A stretch of DNA of 64,000 nucleotides. Origin: Octopus sinensis (lineage: Eukaryota). The stretch is taken from contig NC_042998.1 in NCBI RefSeq assembly GCF_006345805.1, positions 91,264,001 to 91,328,000 of the forward strand, in the 5' to 3' direction. Shown piece by piece: positions 27,566-40,200 of this stretch. A model generated the notes under the pieces. It made no database searches. It saw nothing but the letters and a program-made list of their open reading frames with translations, and was not told the origin of the DNA. The stretch's first letter is position 1; each line of letters opens with the position of its first letter. The translations under genes were made by a program, and so were the position numbers.

Positions 27566-27879
27566 CTGATCTAAAAAGAGTTAAATCTAACATTGAAAGG
27601 TATTACAATATTTATAATTCAGTTTGAGATTAATGATTTCAAAATAAGTCATTTCCACTTCTAAGCATGAAAAATAATTTGAGATAATTGAAAAACAAAT
27701 TAATTATAATAGAAAATATAATGTCATTTGTAAAATTAGTAATATGAAGTTTCTTGGTTAATTTATAAGCAATGAAGCAAAAGGCTCATCATATGATTGT
27801 AAAACCTACTGGTAGTATTCCAATGCACCCAATGCCAATTTTCTGAGAATAAATACAATCTCAGCATGTGACTTTTGAA

Positions 27880-28130
27880 GCATCTGTAGCTTCGTCAGCT
27901 ACTTCTGTGTGAATACCTGATAGGACAGTTTTCTGTTTAGTGTCATTTTATACATATGAAGCATTCCTCTATGGGATAAAGCATAGACAAATATACCAGC
28001 AAATATTTCAAACTGCAATTATGAATGTCTCAAATGGAAACTTTGATCTCCTGGTGAATGGATACATTATCGAGTATGCAGGTATATTCTCAGTTAAATG
28101 GTGAAGAAGGTTTTCAAACTGCACCTTATA
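27880..28130 (-). pseudogene. Tc1/IS630-like DDE transposase relic
   Basis: Minus strand reads CILDNVSIH...LKYL.VY.SML.PIEECF, resembling the DN..IH and YSP.LNPIE motifs. Contains a stop; no TIRs found. Confidence 0.6.
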
Positions 28131-29083
28131 TATGTGAGCATGAAATTCTGTCGTCAGCTCAAATGAAATTTGAACACTATCAAATGAACTAATCTCACTT
28201 TGAAATCATATGTGCTCACTTTGAAGTTATATGTTCTTGCTTGGCAATCACTATTCCCATTTTGAAATTACATATTCTCATTTTGACATCACATGTTCTC
28301 ACCTAGAATTACAAATGCTGTAGTATATAGTTATGTTTTGATGGATTTTTGATTAAATGAAATGACTTTCCTTAAAATGTTAAAGGAATTATACAAACAT
28401 TTCTTTAAATATCATTGAAATTACAATAATTTTGTGGAATAACTGCTAAGCTACCATGATTACCATTATCACTATTTGACTACTTGTTTTCCATGTTTGT
28501 ATGGAAACAACTGGATGTCCATCTTAACATTAACTGCTTTAGCTAGGTGAGATTATATTTTTAAATATTTTTAAAACGTCGGAAGGTACTACAACTGTAT
28601 GATGAGCTTTTTTGCTCCATTATTTGGTTGACAAAAACTTATAATTAAGTAGCCACATTCACATTATAGAGTTTATAAATGATGTTATGAGAGAGTCTTG
28701 TCTCTATTCTGTAATTCATTGTTTAGTTATAAAGACATTACAATAACATTAAGAAGCAAAGAAATAAGAAATGAATGTGCACATGTACAGTTGAGTAAGT
28801 CTAAGAAGGAAAACTATGCAAGTGATGCAACAGTAAAGGAATTTATTATTGGCGTAAAATAATCATTATAAAATGCTGCGTCAAATATTAATTACACCTG
28901 TCAGACAATCTATGTCTCTGATAATTAATTTGTTGTATAGCCCAGACCAATTACTCAATAATGGTTTCTTGTTAAATATATTTATTTTTAGATAAATATG
29001 ATCTCCTCATTATATGGTCATTTGCAAGTGCTAAAAATATTTTCCAGTATTGTTATCTCCTGTGTTTTCTAATGTGTCTTCAG

Positions 29084-29198
29084 TTATCATTACATTTGGA
29101 TGAATTGTTGGAGTTTCTATGTTCTGAAACCAAACCTGAAAATTCTGCAATGGCTGCAACTGAACTTGATGATCTGAATGAGAAATGCAAAAAAATAG
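29084..29198 (+). CDS. SESTD1: SESTD1-like coding exon 11
   Basis: cttcag / LSLHLDELLEFLCSETKPENSAMAATELDDLNEKCKKI / gtactt. Resembles SESTD1 LSQQLDGLLGMLC. Phase 0-1. Confidence 0.92.
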
Positions 29199-30513
29199 GT
29201 ACTTCCTCTCAATTTACTTTTTACTTACAAAATGGTTTCATCATAATTGTATATGCTGTTTAAAATCAGCTTTCAAATACTGAATATTAAACATGAGCTC
29301 TATTGAATTGCCTCATTCTCAAAGTAGTAAGGGTGCATGGCCTAGTAGTTAAGGTGTATAGTGCTCATTTATTGGGTTGTAGATTTGAGTTTCGGATCTG
29401 GTTGTGTGCAGCAAAACACTTCATTTCATGTTAACCCAATACACTCAGCTGAAAATGATACCAGGGCACCTGAAGGTTAATCATGATACCACCAGTGCTT
29501 GTGAGGGTTAAGCCTGCAATGGACTGTCATCTTGTTTAGTCTTGTAGTATCAGCCTGAACACACTTGAAAGTCCAGACAAGGGCCAGATACATGAGTTTG
29601 TAGGCTTGAGGCAGACATTTTTTCCCCAAAGTAAACAGTAAAATTATATATGTTGTATTTGTTGTCCATGTCTCTATCTACAAATGTACATGAATGGCAT
29701 AATTAAATTAGTTATTGTGATTTTCGAGACTTTAGTTTTTCCCTTTTCTATTAACATTATCAAGATGCCTATGTGCAAAAGATAACATTGAATCTGTTTG
29801 TTTCCTATATTCTCTACCATCACTCTCTCTCCCCTAGATTATTCACTTTTGACATCCTCTACTCTTTATTACTATTACCTGTCTCTGTTACCAGCCATTA
29901 CTCAATCTCCTTTACACACAAGCGGTTGTGTAGCTGCCATTACTCTCTCTCTCTTCCATTATTCCCCAACACTTCCACTTTTTCATCATTTCCCCTATAT
30001 TACCCTCACACACCAATCACTCTGTTTCTTCCATCATACCCTTATTCCTGTCACACTTTTACCATGATCTTTCTGTTATTGTTGTTGCTTTTATTCATCT
30101 CTATTTGGTCATGCTGCCTTGAGCAAATGAAGACAGCCCAGAGTTGGGAGGGCTCTTTAGTCTCGTAAACAAGACAACCTTTCCAGTGTTATTGTTACAA
30201 TAAAATGCACCTGGTACACTCAGTAAAGTGGCCAGTGGTAGGAGACATTCAGTGGAAGAATCCAAGACAAAATTGGGCAGTAACTCTGAACAGAACTGAT
30301 TTAGACTATGACTACCTGTTCAACCTATGTCAGCATGCATAGCAGACACAAAATGCTGTTGTTTGTAGTGGCAGCAGCAGTGGTTCCAGTGACAATATCT
30401 TGCATTTTCTATTAACTCAAAAATATGGAATAAAAAAAAAATGCAAAAATGATGTATTTTAATGTTTACAACATATATTCTCATTCTGTTTAACCTTTGC
30501 TTTTTTTTTATAG

Positions 30514-30755
30514 ACCAGTTAGCTATTCAAACTCTAAATGATGGACAAAGTCTCTTAGATGAAATGTCTCGGCCAATGAAAAACTCTATTGGAGTAGATA
30601 TCACACCAGATTATGCTGGCCAAATAAAACACATCAATAAAAGTGTTGAAGATTTACAAGAAAGAAAGTTACGATGTGATGAACTTGCTGATGTTCGACG
30701 ACTTAAACTGCAGCAGATCTTGCAGCTTTTCACATGTGAAAAAGATGCTGATCAG
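30514..30755 (+). CDS. SESTD1: SESTD1-like coding exon 12
   Basis: ttttatag / (D)QLAIQTLNDGQSLLDEM...LQERKLRCDELADVRRLKLQQILQLFTCEKDADQ / gtttga. Closely matches recalled SESTD1 [34 protein letters not shown]. Confidence 0.96.
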
Positions 30756-32025
30756 GTTTGATATACACTTAATAATTTATCCTAACCCAAAGAATTATAA
30801 CAATGAGATTGTTTACCAGAATAATTGTAGGATCTCTATTTTCATAACTTCTTTTGAAAATCAAAACCATTGCAATTGGTTATTTTTGTGGGAGAATTTA
30901 CATTTTATTAAATTTTAGGATAATTTAAAAAATATTATTTAGGATCATTTTGTTAGCTTATTCAAAGGAGAGAAGGGAATAGTTTGTTGGGGTTTTTTTT
31001 TTGTTTGTTTTGCAAAACTTTTAAAACTTCCTACAATAAGCAGCTTTGTGTTTTACCCCAAATTTTTATAAACTTCTACTCTAAGGAGTTTTGTTGGATT
31101 AATTTCATAATACTCTGTTCATTAGTCTCAGTTTCATCATTATCAACAATATCATTTTAAGCATCTGCTTTTCCATGCTTGCATGGCTCGAATGAAGTTT
31201 ATTGAGGCAGATTTTCTATGATCAGATACCCTTTCTGTTAGCAACTCTCACCTGTTTCCAGGTAAGGTAATATTTCCCCATGGCTAAGTATGCTTCTACA
31301 AAATATTGGAAGTGAGTGACATAGCTCATATGACAGTGACAATCATTTACAACCATCACATAATGTCAAAACAAGGAGGCACAAACACCCACGCACATAC
31401 TTGCAACAGACTTCTTTCAGTTTCTATCCATCAAATTCACTCACAAAGCTTTGGTTAATCAAAGACTATAGTAGAAGGCATTTGCCCAAGTACCACACTG
31501 TGGGACTGAACCTGGAACCATATGGTTGTGAAGTAAACTTCTTATTTCACAGCCAATACATATATATCTATATCTATATCTGTTTATATGTGTGTGTGTG
31601 TGCGTGCGTGTATCTTGTATATCTATCTATCCATATGTATGTGTGTGTGTATTACCTATTCTGTTGCATAATAAAAATAGAGAATTTAGTACTTTGCCCA
31701 AATGATGTGATATGGACTTAGATTTCTTCAGCCAAGCGCTTACCAGCTCACTCATTTGATTTCATGTCATCCTAATTGTTTAACTAGTTTATAGAGATTA
31801 GACTTACAACTCCTTACAGAAAGTGGATGGAGGAAGCTTATTCCAGAAATAACTCCAGCCTCAAAATATTTGATTGGTACCAAAATATTTAAAATAAACT
31901 TGAAATTATCAGTTTATTTGAAAAATACTTTGTGAAATCATTATTTTTAAATTGTAGAATATTCAAATCATTATAATAATAATAGTTTATAAAATATTTA
32001 TTTTAGTTATTTTTTTAAACTACAG

Positions 32026-32148
32026 GCAGTCCAGTGGATTTTAGAGTTATGTGAAGTAATGGTGAAAAATCACACTGAAATGGGTCAGTCTAAAGAAGAT
32101 GCTGAAAAACTACAAGATGACCACAAACGGTTTGAGTCCACAGCTCTT
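32026..32148 (+). CDS. SESTD1: SESTD1-like coding exon 13
   Basis: ctacag / AVQWILELCEVMVKNHTEMGQSKEDAEKLQDDHKRFESTAL / gtaaga. Phase 0-0. Confidence 0.95.
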
Positions 32149-33760
32149 GTAAGATTCTATATCTTCAATTTTCTTCATATATACTCTTTTACTCTTTTAC
32201 TTGTTTCAGTCATTTGACTGCGGCCATGCTGGAGCACCGCCTTTAATCAAGCAAATCAACCCCAGGATTTATTCTTTGTAAGCCTAGTACTTATTCTATC
32301 GGTGTCTCTTTTGCTGAACTGCTAAGTCACGGGGACGTAAAACACCAGCATTGGTTGTCAAGCGATGTTGGAGGGACAACCATAAACATATACACACACA
32401 TACATATACATATATACGACAGGCTTCTTTCAGTTTCCGTCTACCAAATCCACTCACAAGGCTTTGGTAGGCCCGAGGCTATAGTAGAAGACACTTGCTC
32501 AAGGTGCCATGCAGTGGGACTGAACCCAGAACCATGTGGTTGGTAAGCAAGCTATTTACCACTCAGCCACTCCTGCGCCTATATACGTATACTGTTTTGG
32601 TATTTTCTTTTTGTTACTCCTCTAAATTTGTTTTCTGGACATTGGTTATTTTAGCCATCTCATACTATCATTGTTTAACATCCTGTTTTCCATGTTAGCT
32701 CAGGTTTGATGGTTTGACTGGAGCTGGCAAGGCCAAGAGATGCACCAGGCTCCATTGTCTTTTTTGGCATAGTTCCTACAGCTGTATATCCTTCTTAATG
32801 CCAACCACTTTATAGAGCATACTGGGTGCTTTTTATGTGGCTAGTGCACCAGTACTTTTTACCTGGCACAAGCACAAATGCTTTTTGACTCCTCCCATTA
32901 TGATTATTGTATTACAATAATAAAAAGGGATTAAAACCAGTCAAGTCCTGGTCAATGTAATTGACTCCCTATCCAACTCAAAAACTGCTGGCCCTGTGCC
33001 AAAATTTTAAACCCTTATTATTAATTTATATTTTCAAAGTCACATTTTTTTATACTTTGAGTACACTAATAGTTAAAATAGTTAAGTGATTGCATTTCCA
33101 ACCTTTGATTCACCTTTCTATATGATATTAATATATATATATATATATACATATATATATCAAATATATAATAAAATAAATATATATCATGGCACGTAAA
33201 AAATACCATCCGAATGTGGTTGATGCCAGGTCTGCCTGACTGGCTCCCATGCTGGTGGCACATAAAACACACCATTTGAATAAGTAGCAGAATTAATACA
33301 AAGGAGAAAACAGATGTTATTAAGACAGTTCTGTTAATTTTTTCATTTGAAATAAATTGACTTTGTTTCAATTAGTTTTCAAAAGTGTGAAGAATTTAAT
33401 AAATTGACTTTGTCATTATTAAGCTGTTGTTTTTATTTTTGAACTTAAACTTACCTGAAATTTTGATTTAGATCACTTTAAAACATGAAGTTTAATCATA
33501 CAACCAGGATGTTCTCAGGTGGGTTGGTATCAAGAAGGGTTAAGAGATTAACAATATCCTTTTCCTTTTGCAGTAGAGAATATGACTGCTCTTTTTGTGC
33601 ACTAATCTGGCAACAATTGTATAATTATTTTATAGTGATTTTCCATAGATCAAAGGATGTTTGGATTCCTTCAAAACATATATGATATAGAAAACTGCAA
33701 CTAAATAGATTGCTATACCATTATGGATTTTCAGTACATTTAAATATATATATATTATAT

Positions 33761-33795
<35 letters not shown>

Positions 33796-34010
33796 TATAT
33801 AATATATTGTGAATAGAAGATGAATAACTGTAGTAGATTAATCAAAAGTTTAACCGATACCTTAGTAGCAAAAATCACAGCAGTAAACAGCACGGTGGAG
33901 GTACAACCATCTGGCTGTTGCAACCGTGCGTTGGTGCGGATAATTGAAATTAAAACATTATTGGTGAATTGAAGAAATGGAGCTGAACGCAGATTGAACA
34001 GAATCGTTTT

Positions 34011-34100
34011 ATTCATTCTACACGTGTTTCGAAAGGCACAAATTACCAAAATCCGATTGAATAATGGGACCATATTGTGTCTTTCTCTTCAGGAAGAAAA
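34011..34100 (-). ncRNA. Minimal type I hammerhead ribozyme in PLE 3' region
   Basis: Minus strand: UUUUCUUC-CUGAAGA-GAAAGACACAA..UUGUGCCUUUC-GAAA-C(ACGU)G-UA-GAAUGAAU. Core boxes are intact, helix III has a palindromic ACGU loop, and the GUA cleavage triplet predicts a cut between 34019 and 34018. Confidence 0.8.
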
Positions 34101-34700
34101 AGGAAATCCGTTGGAAAAACAAAAACAGAACAGAGGCGGAGCAAAAACCAAATCGAACTGTGCTCCTAAGAGCCCATGGCTAACTGTTTATCAGTGTATG
34201 TTGAGAACCGGTGGCTGAAGAATTCAACGGGTCAGGCATCGGTCAATCATGTGGGTGAGGGTGTATAGATGTTCTTTGTGACCGAGAATAAGTTCTGACT
34301 ATTTAAAGAATATTGGATGTTTTATAAGGGGCGAGAAAAAATCTACTTAGAGACGCGTGTGTGTGTGTATACTGTTCTTATATATGTGTGTGTTGGCGTA
34401 GGGTAGAAAACATTTTTTGTGTACGTGTGTGCGTTTGATCGTTCGGCTGTCAGTGGCTACTGCCGTGATAACCGTTGGGTGGCAGAAAGAAAAAAATAAA
34501 AAAATATATATATATTATGTTTTATGTGTGGTGTGTGTTCATCTAAGCCTGCCTTGTCAAGGAAACCCCCCGCTGTGAGAAAACCAGCCCCGTTTGTCTT
34601 ACAGGAGTAATTCCCCTTGCAGTGGTTAATCGTAGATATCTTAAAGGCTATTTCAGAATTTGTTACCAAGGGCTATGGGTGCCGGTATTATTTATAAACG

Positions 34701-35189
34701 CTATTTAAAGGCCAGATAAGTGTAACGCCGCCAATGGGGGCATCGAAAAGCCGACTGTAAGAGCCCGTTTACCATCCGGCCTCTGGCAAACAAAATATGG
34801 AAGAGTTCGGAGACACAAAGGTTGCACTGTCTTCTGCCCCTATCAAATGGGAGGGCCACCGACAAAATTGACCATTCCAGCCTATAGCTTAAGTTCGCAT
34901 CCTTCAGTCGCCATATTAGCTTACTGAGTCCCGTGGTCTGGCGCTTGTTCACGTCCCGAAAAGTTGCGTAATGGTTGGAGACACGCAAAGACAATCTTGA
35001 GGATGATGCCCCTACATAAGTGAAGGCATCTGAGTCCGTGTAAACCTTGCATTGGTAGACGGCGTTTTTGATCTTGGAGTTCGCCGACGTGAATCTTAAT
35101 CTGCTAGGATTAGTTTCTGAAATTAGAACTGCGTTCCTGTCACTATATTCGTTCCGAGACCTGCAGCCGCTTACTACTCTATTTTCCAC
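34701..35189 (-). pseudogene. PLE GIY-YIG endonuclease domain
   Basis: NAVYQCKV...YVG...R..NH..TF...T.LSK.IW.LK...W.I...CNLC..E. Typical PLE GIY-YIG with a C-terminal CxxC; open for 162 codons. Confidence 0.9.
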
Positions 35190-35418
35190 TACGTCACTAT
35201 TACTATAGGAATAACCCCTGATTCTCCACTATCTATCAGAGTGCTGTCATTGCTACTGCCCGTGGTACTGCTATTGTGGGAAATGATGCTGGGGATGCTA
35301 ATGGGGCTCTCTACCCTACTCCCATTATTACCGTCAACCACAACACCCCTATTTATAACTATACCCCTAGTGGGTACTCCCTGGCTGGAGCTGAGATTAT
35401 GTGTCACTGTACTGGCTC

Positions 35419-36800
35419 TCATATCATTATTACTACTATAATTATTCTACTGAGCATTAAACCGGGAGCGGAAGAGGCTGTGCCTCCGGAAAAAGGTGAT
35501 AGGGTCTTAGTAAGTAGCCTATTATTATGGGAGGCGATTATCTGGGCGAGGTTTTTAGTGTTGGAGAAAGCTATCCTAACTTTATGTGAGTTAACCGTGG
35601 AGTAATATTTGGAATTTCTGGGGAAGTTATTGGCGATGGCTTGTCTAAACATGAGGGGGAGGTTAGTTCTAATCTGCTTACCAAAGGGGATTACAAACCA
35701 TATATGCTTATTCCTATCAGTGTGATGGGTCGGGACGCCAGCTCTCGCATTCGGGTGGGTGATTCTCGGATGAATAACGGGTCTTGGGTTAGTGTAAGAC
35801 CTCCGGACCGATAATTATCCTTGTTCGCTAAATTAAATGCGGGAGCGACTACCCCGGCATCCGCCGCGCTCCCGTCCTTACTTAAAATGTTAATGTTATT
35901 ATATACGGCCCTATCCTGATGACCGAATGATGGCATCGGAAGGGCCGGATCAATATAAATTACCTTCTGCCTATAACCGGCCTTGGATAGTGCGGCGTTA
36001 TAAAATTCCGCTTTCTGCATAAAAATATCGGCACTGGCGGACAAGCCAGACAATCTTAGAGAGATGTTTTTAACCAAATTGTCTGTTACGGTTTTGGTGA
36101 TTTGAGAAGACACTGACATACTTCAAATTAGTGGAAGGCTTATGGTAAGGGCAGTATGAGTCGCTATTAAGGTTAAGTGTAACGTCTAGGAAATTAGCCT
36201 TGGTGAGTTCATTATCAAAAACTATACTCATGCCATTCTATTAAAAAACCTAGCTAACCTGCTCTTAGTTTTCTGCACTATTCTGTTCGTGGTGTTTTGC
36301 AGGTAAAACAGACAATCGTCACGATACAGGCCGCCCGCGATCTCCGGAATTGGTCGGACAATTCGTAGAGAATATATATTCCGACCAAATCGGCTATCTG
36401 CGCACTATCCGAACTACCCATAGGCACATCAAATTCATTGGGAGTATCTTTACGGATCCACAACTTATTATCAAACTTAATAAACGATTTCCTGGCAACT
36501 AAAATGTTGTGAGCATGCCAGAGGGCCTTATTTAGCACACTAGGGTTAATCGAGGGGTAGAAGCTGGCGATATCAAACTGAATGAACCTAGTACGGTTCT
36601 TATTGGGGATGGAAGAGAACCACTTCACTACCTGCGAGGAGTTGGCCCAGAGGCTGAGCTTCAGCTTGTTTACTAAACTAGGGATATATTTATCTAAAAT
36701 GTACTTACTGATTATCCCGATATCAGATCTAGCAGGGCATATGAGTCTTAGCGCTGGGTTGGTGTGGAAGTTAGGTTTATGGTCCTTCACTATAAATCTG
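35419..36800 (-). pseudogene. PLE reverse transcriptase and thumb (frameshifted)
   Basis: KDHKPNF..NP..RLI.PA.S, FIQFDIASFYPSI, FDVPMGSSDSAQIADLVG. After a shift: GGLYRDDCL (catalytic), then NFLDVTLNL...PYHKP, then IWF..PF...RTN...HNNRLL. Confidence 0.92.
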
Positions 36801-36802
36801 GG

Positions 36803-36843
<41 letters not shown>

Positions 36844-37056
36844 TATGACCTTGAAATTGAAAATTAAAATGGAACAGCACCATAAAAGATATAAAAAACA
36901 ACTGTACCAGAAGAAATTTTCACTGTATTTCTTCATATGTTTTTAGATCCTCAACTTCATCATCTACTTTTCTGTGCTTACATTAGTCAGACAACCAGTT
37001 GTTTATTTCTATTTGTTAATAATAATGTATGTTCCTTATCTCTTATGTTTCTCCAG

Positions 37057-37248
37057 GAGACCTACCATTATGGAAAAGAACTCTTAGAAGCTGCTCTCTT
37101 TCTAAGACGATCATTAAGATACAATTTGGATGGCAATAATTTAATTGCTGAAAAACTTGAAAGAGCTTGGAAGAAATTTTCTCAGGGAACTTTAGAACGG
37201 ACCAACCGTCTTACTGTATCGGTTATGTTCATGACTTCTTCTGATGAG
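37057..37248 (+). CDS. SESTD1: SESTD1-like coding exon 14
   Basis: ctccag / ETYHYGKELLEAALFLRRSLR...SVMFMTSSDE / gtaatg. Resembles SESTD1 [21 protein letters not shown]. Confidence 0.95.
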
Positions 37249-40200
37249 GTAATGTAACATTTCACAATTAAAGTAGCTTGTAATTTGTTCTACCAAAACT
37301 TGAATTACTACAATTGTTTTATTCTCATACACACATATGCACACACTGACATGCACACACACACACACACACATGCACACACATCTTAAATATGTTCTGG
37401 AAAGAACACTTTACCAAAGAATGACTATACCATAAGTAGGAATATTTGTTTGTGACACCCTACTTTGGACATCACACCATTGTCAAATTCACATCGGTCA
37501 CCCTGTGAAAACATATGTTGATCACTTAACAGGCAATACTGGATGATCCAGAGACCAGCTTTCACATACCATGGAAAATAGAGAGAGGTGGAAGATGATG
37601 GACCATGTGAATTGAAACAAGCACAGTTTGAGGACTACAACATTGGTGACAGTGGTAGTGTATGTTCCTACTGATGAAATTTATTCACTAAATCAGTGTT
37701 AAGTATCACTAAATGTGATTCAAAATAGAGCTGTATACTGCAGTCAATACATTTTTCAATAATAAAAAATGTAATAGCTTATTTAAAATCATAAATTAAT
37801 TGTTGAAATTATATGTATAAGTATGTACATATTGTTATTGACAGTTGCAGGCTTGGTTGTATGGTTAAAAATTTTACTTCTCAACCACATGGTTCTAGGT
37901 TCAGTCCCACTGTGTACCACCTTGGGCAAGTAAATTCTACTATTAAAGTCTTCGGTCAACCAAAGCTTTGTGAGTGGATTTGAATTGGCTGAAGCTGAAA
38001 GAAATCCATCGTGTGTGTGTATTGTGGGTGTACACATTAGCTGTAGTATACATGAAGCAGTGATAGGAAATAAACAAACTTTAGGTTAGTTCAAATACGT
38101 TTGTGACATATTTTAAGTCCTAAAGGGAATTTCACTCTAGTTGATTATGGAGAAAAACATTTTGTATATGGTGAGGTGTAAATACACCAGTACCAGATCA
38201 GTGGCACCCTCTCTCAGACCCCTAGATACATTTCTGATTTATTAGGTTTCCTCAGTAGGAGATACTAAATAGAGATAACCCTAAGCTGATTACAAAGCTT
38301 GCAGTGAAGTTGCATTTAGAAGTTAAAATGTGTCACAATCATATTTGAAATACCCCCAAATTAATATTGAGAAGGCTTGTCAAACCAAGTGAAATTGTAG
38401 TCCTAGCCAATGCCAATGTCGCATATTTGGCACCTGTGCCAGTAGCATATAGAAAGCACCCTTCAAAGTTTGGGCCCCACAGAGGCAAGCCAAGTGAGAT
38501 CGTAATCATGGCCAATGCCAGTGTTTCATAACTGGCAACCGTGCTGGTGGCATGTGTTAGGAAGAGCATCCAGTTGTAGAAAGCATGCCAAATCAGATTG
38601 AAACCTGGTGCAGCTCCCCAGCTTACCAGTTTTCAGTCAAACCACCCAACACATGCCAGCATGGAAAACGGACGTAAAATGATGATGATGATATATATCA
38701 TCATCATTTATCTTCTGTTTTTCATGCTGGCATGGATTAGACTCTGTGTGTGTGTGTCTTAACATTGCACTATAATTGTGTCATCATCATACAAGTGGCA
38801 TAATTTGTTTCCAGTCTTCCATAAAAACATGTCTCACCATAGTGAAATATTACCTTATTTGTAAACAGGTGAGTGTTGGTAACAAGAAGGATATCTGACC
38901 ATAAAAAAATCTGCCACAACATTCTGTCTGACTCATGCAAACATGGGAAAGTAGACATTAAAATTATGAGGATAAGGCTGTATAAGTTAGTTTATAAAAC
39001 TTTCTTGATGTAATAGTCGTCTACAAAAAGAAATGTATATAAAATCTATTTTAGGGAAAAATGGTGGTGTTTAATCATGAAATACATTCCTTCAAAAAAG
39101 TGAAATAAGACAATAAAGAATCCTTGTTTGAGTTAGATGCAGGAATGGATTATACTATCTATCTTGGTTTATCTAAAGAGAAAATATGGGCTTAAAATAA
39201 CTCTACTCATCTCACTGGAATGGCACTGGTGTAATATTCTATGCTGGAATATGAAAAAGATTACTCATATCTATGTGGTGCACTCTGTCTTTACATAACT
39301 GATGCTTTGCTGTACTTTAGAAAATTCCTACAATGCAGTCAGTCATCTCTAAATTGTGGTTAATTATTACTAGGAACTATGTGATTTATAAAATATATAC
39401 ATATATATTTACACACACACACATGTGTATATATGTGCAGGTATATTTCCTTCCAAACCATATTATACGAGGTTCAGGCCCACTGTGTAACACCTTGAGC
39501 AAGTATCTTCCACTACAGCCCTTGGGTAACCAAATCCTTGTGAGTGCATTTGGTATATAGAAACTGAAAGAAGCTTGTAGTGTGTGAATCTATTCTTTTA
39601 CTGTGCCTCCTCATCTTGAGACCATGCAATAGTTGTAAATGAATACCATGTCATACAAGTAGTGTCATTTCATTTACTATCTTCTGAAACAGTGTCCAAT
39701 CATGGGCAAATATTACCTTGCTTGGAAACAAGTAAGGGCTGGTGACAAGAAGGGCATCCTATCAACCTGAACAAACTGTCTGACCTGTGGGAGCATGAAA
39801 AAGTAGACATTAAAAACAATGATGTCGATTGTGATAATAATACATAGCACGTAAAGACACCTTTTGAGCATAGTCGTTGCCAGAACCACTTGACTGGCCC
39901 TTGTGCCAGTGGCACGTAAAAGCACCCACTACACTCTTGGAGTGGTTGGCGTTAGGAAGGGCATCCAGCTATAGAAACTTTGCAAGATCAGACTGGGTCT
40001 AGTGCAGCCTATGGCACACCAGTGCCCAGTCAAACTATCCAACCCATGCCAGCATGAAAAGCGGACATTAAACGATGATGATGATGATACACAAGCTATC
40101 ATCTTTTTTGCACCGTAGAATTTACGGTATTCTTCTGATAAATTGTTATATACATATATAAAACACCAGTGGATAATGGGGGACAGGTGAGGATGATTAA

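Larger units (their letters stand above)
33807..36803 (-). mobile_element. Penelope-like retroelement (RT + C-terminal GIY-YIG), 5'-truncated, in intron 13, antisense
   Basis: GC- and CpG-richer 3-kb block bounded by (TA)n at 33744-33806 and 36804-36845. Minus-strand frames encode the RT, thumb and GIY-YIG regions with several frameshifts. Confidence 0.93.

Noticed and set aside
36120-36240. In-frame TGA in the PLE RT as selenocysteine
   Set aside because: The TGA comes from a 1-nt frameshift; the shifted frame reads NGMSIVFD, so it is not at a Cys position.
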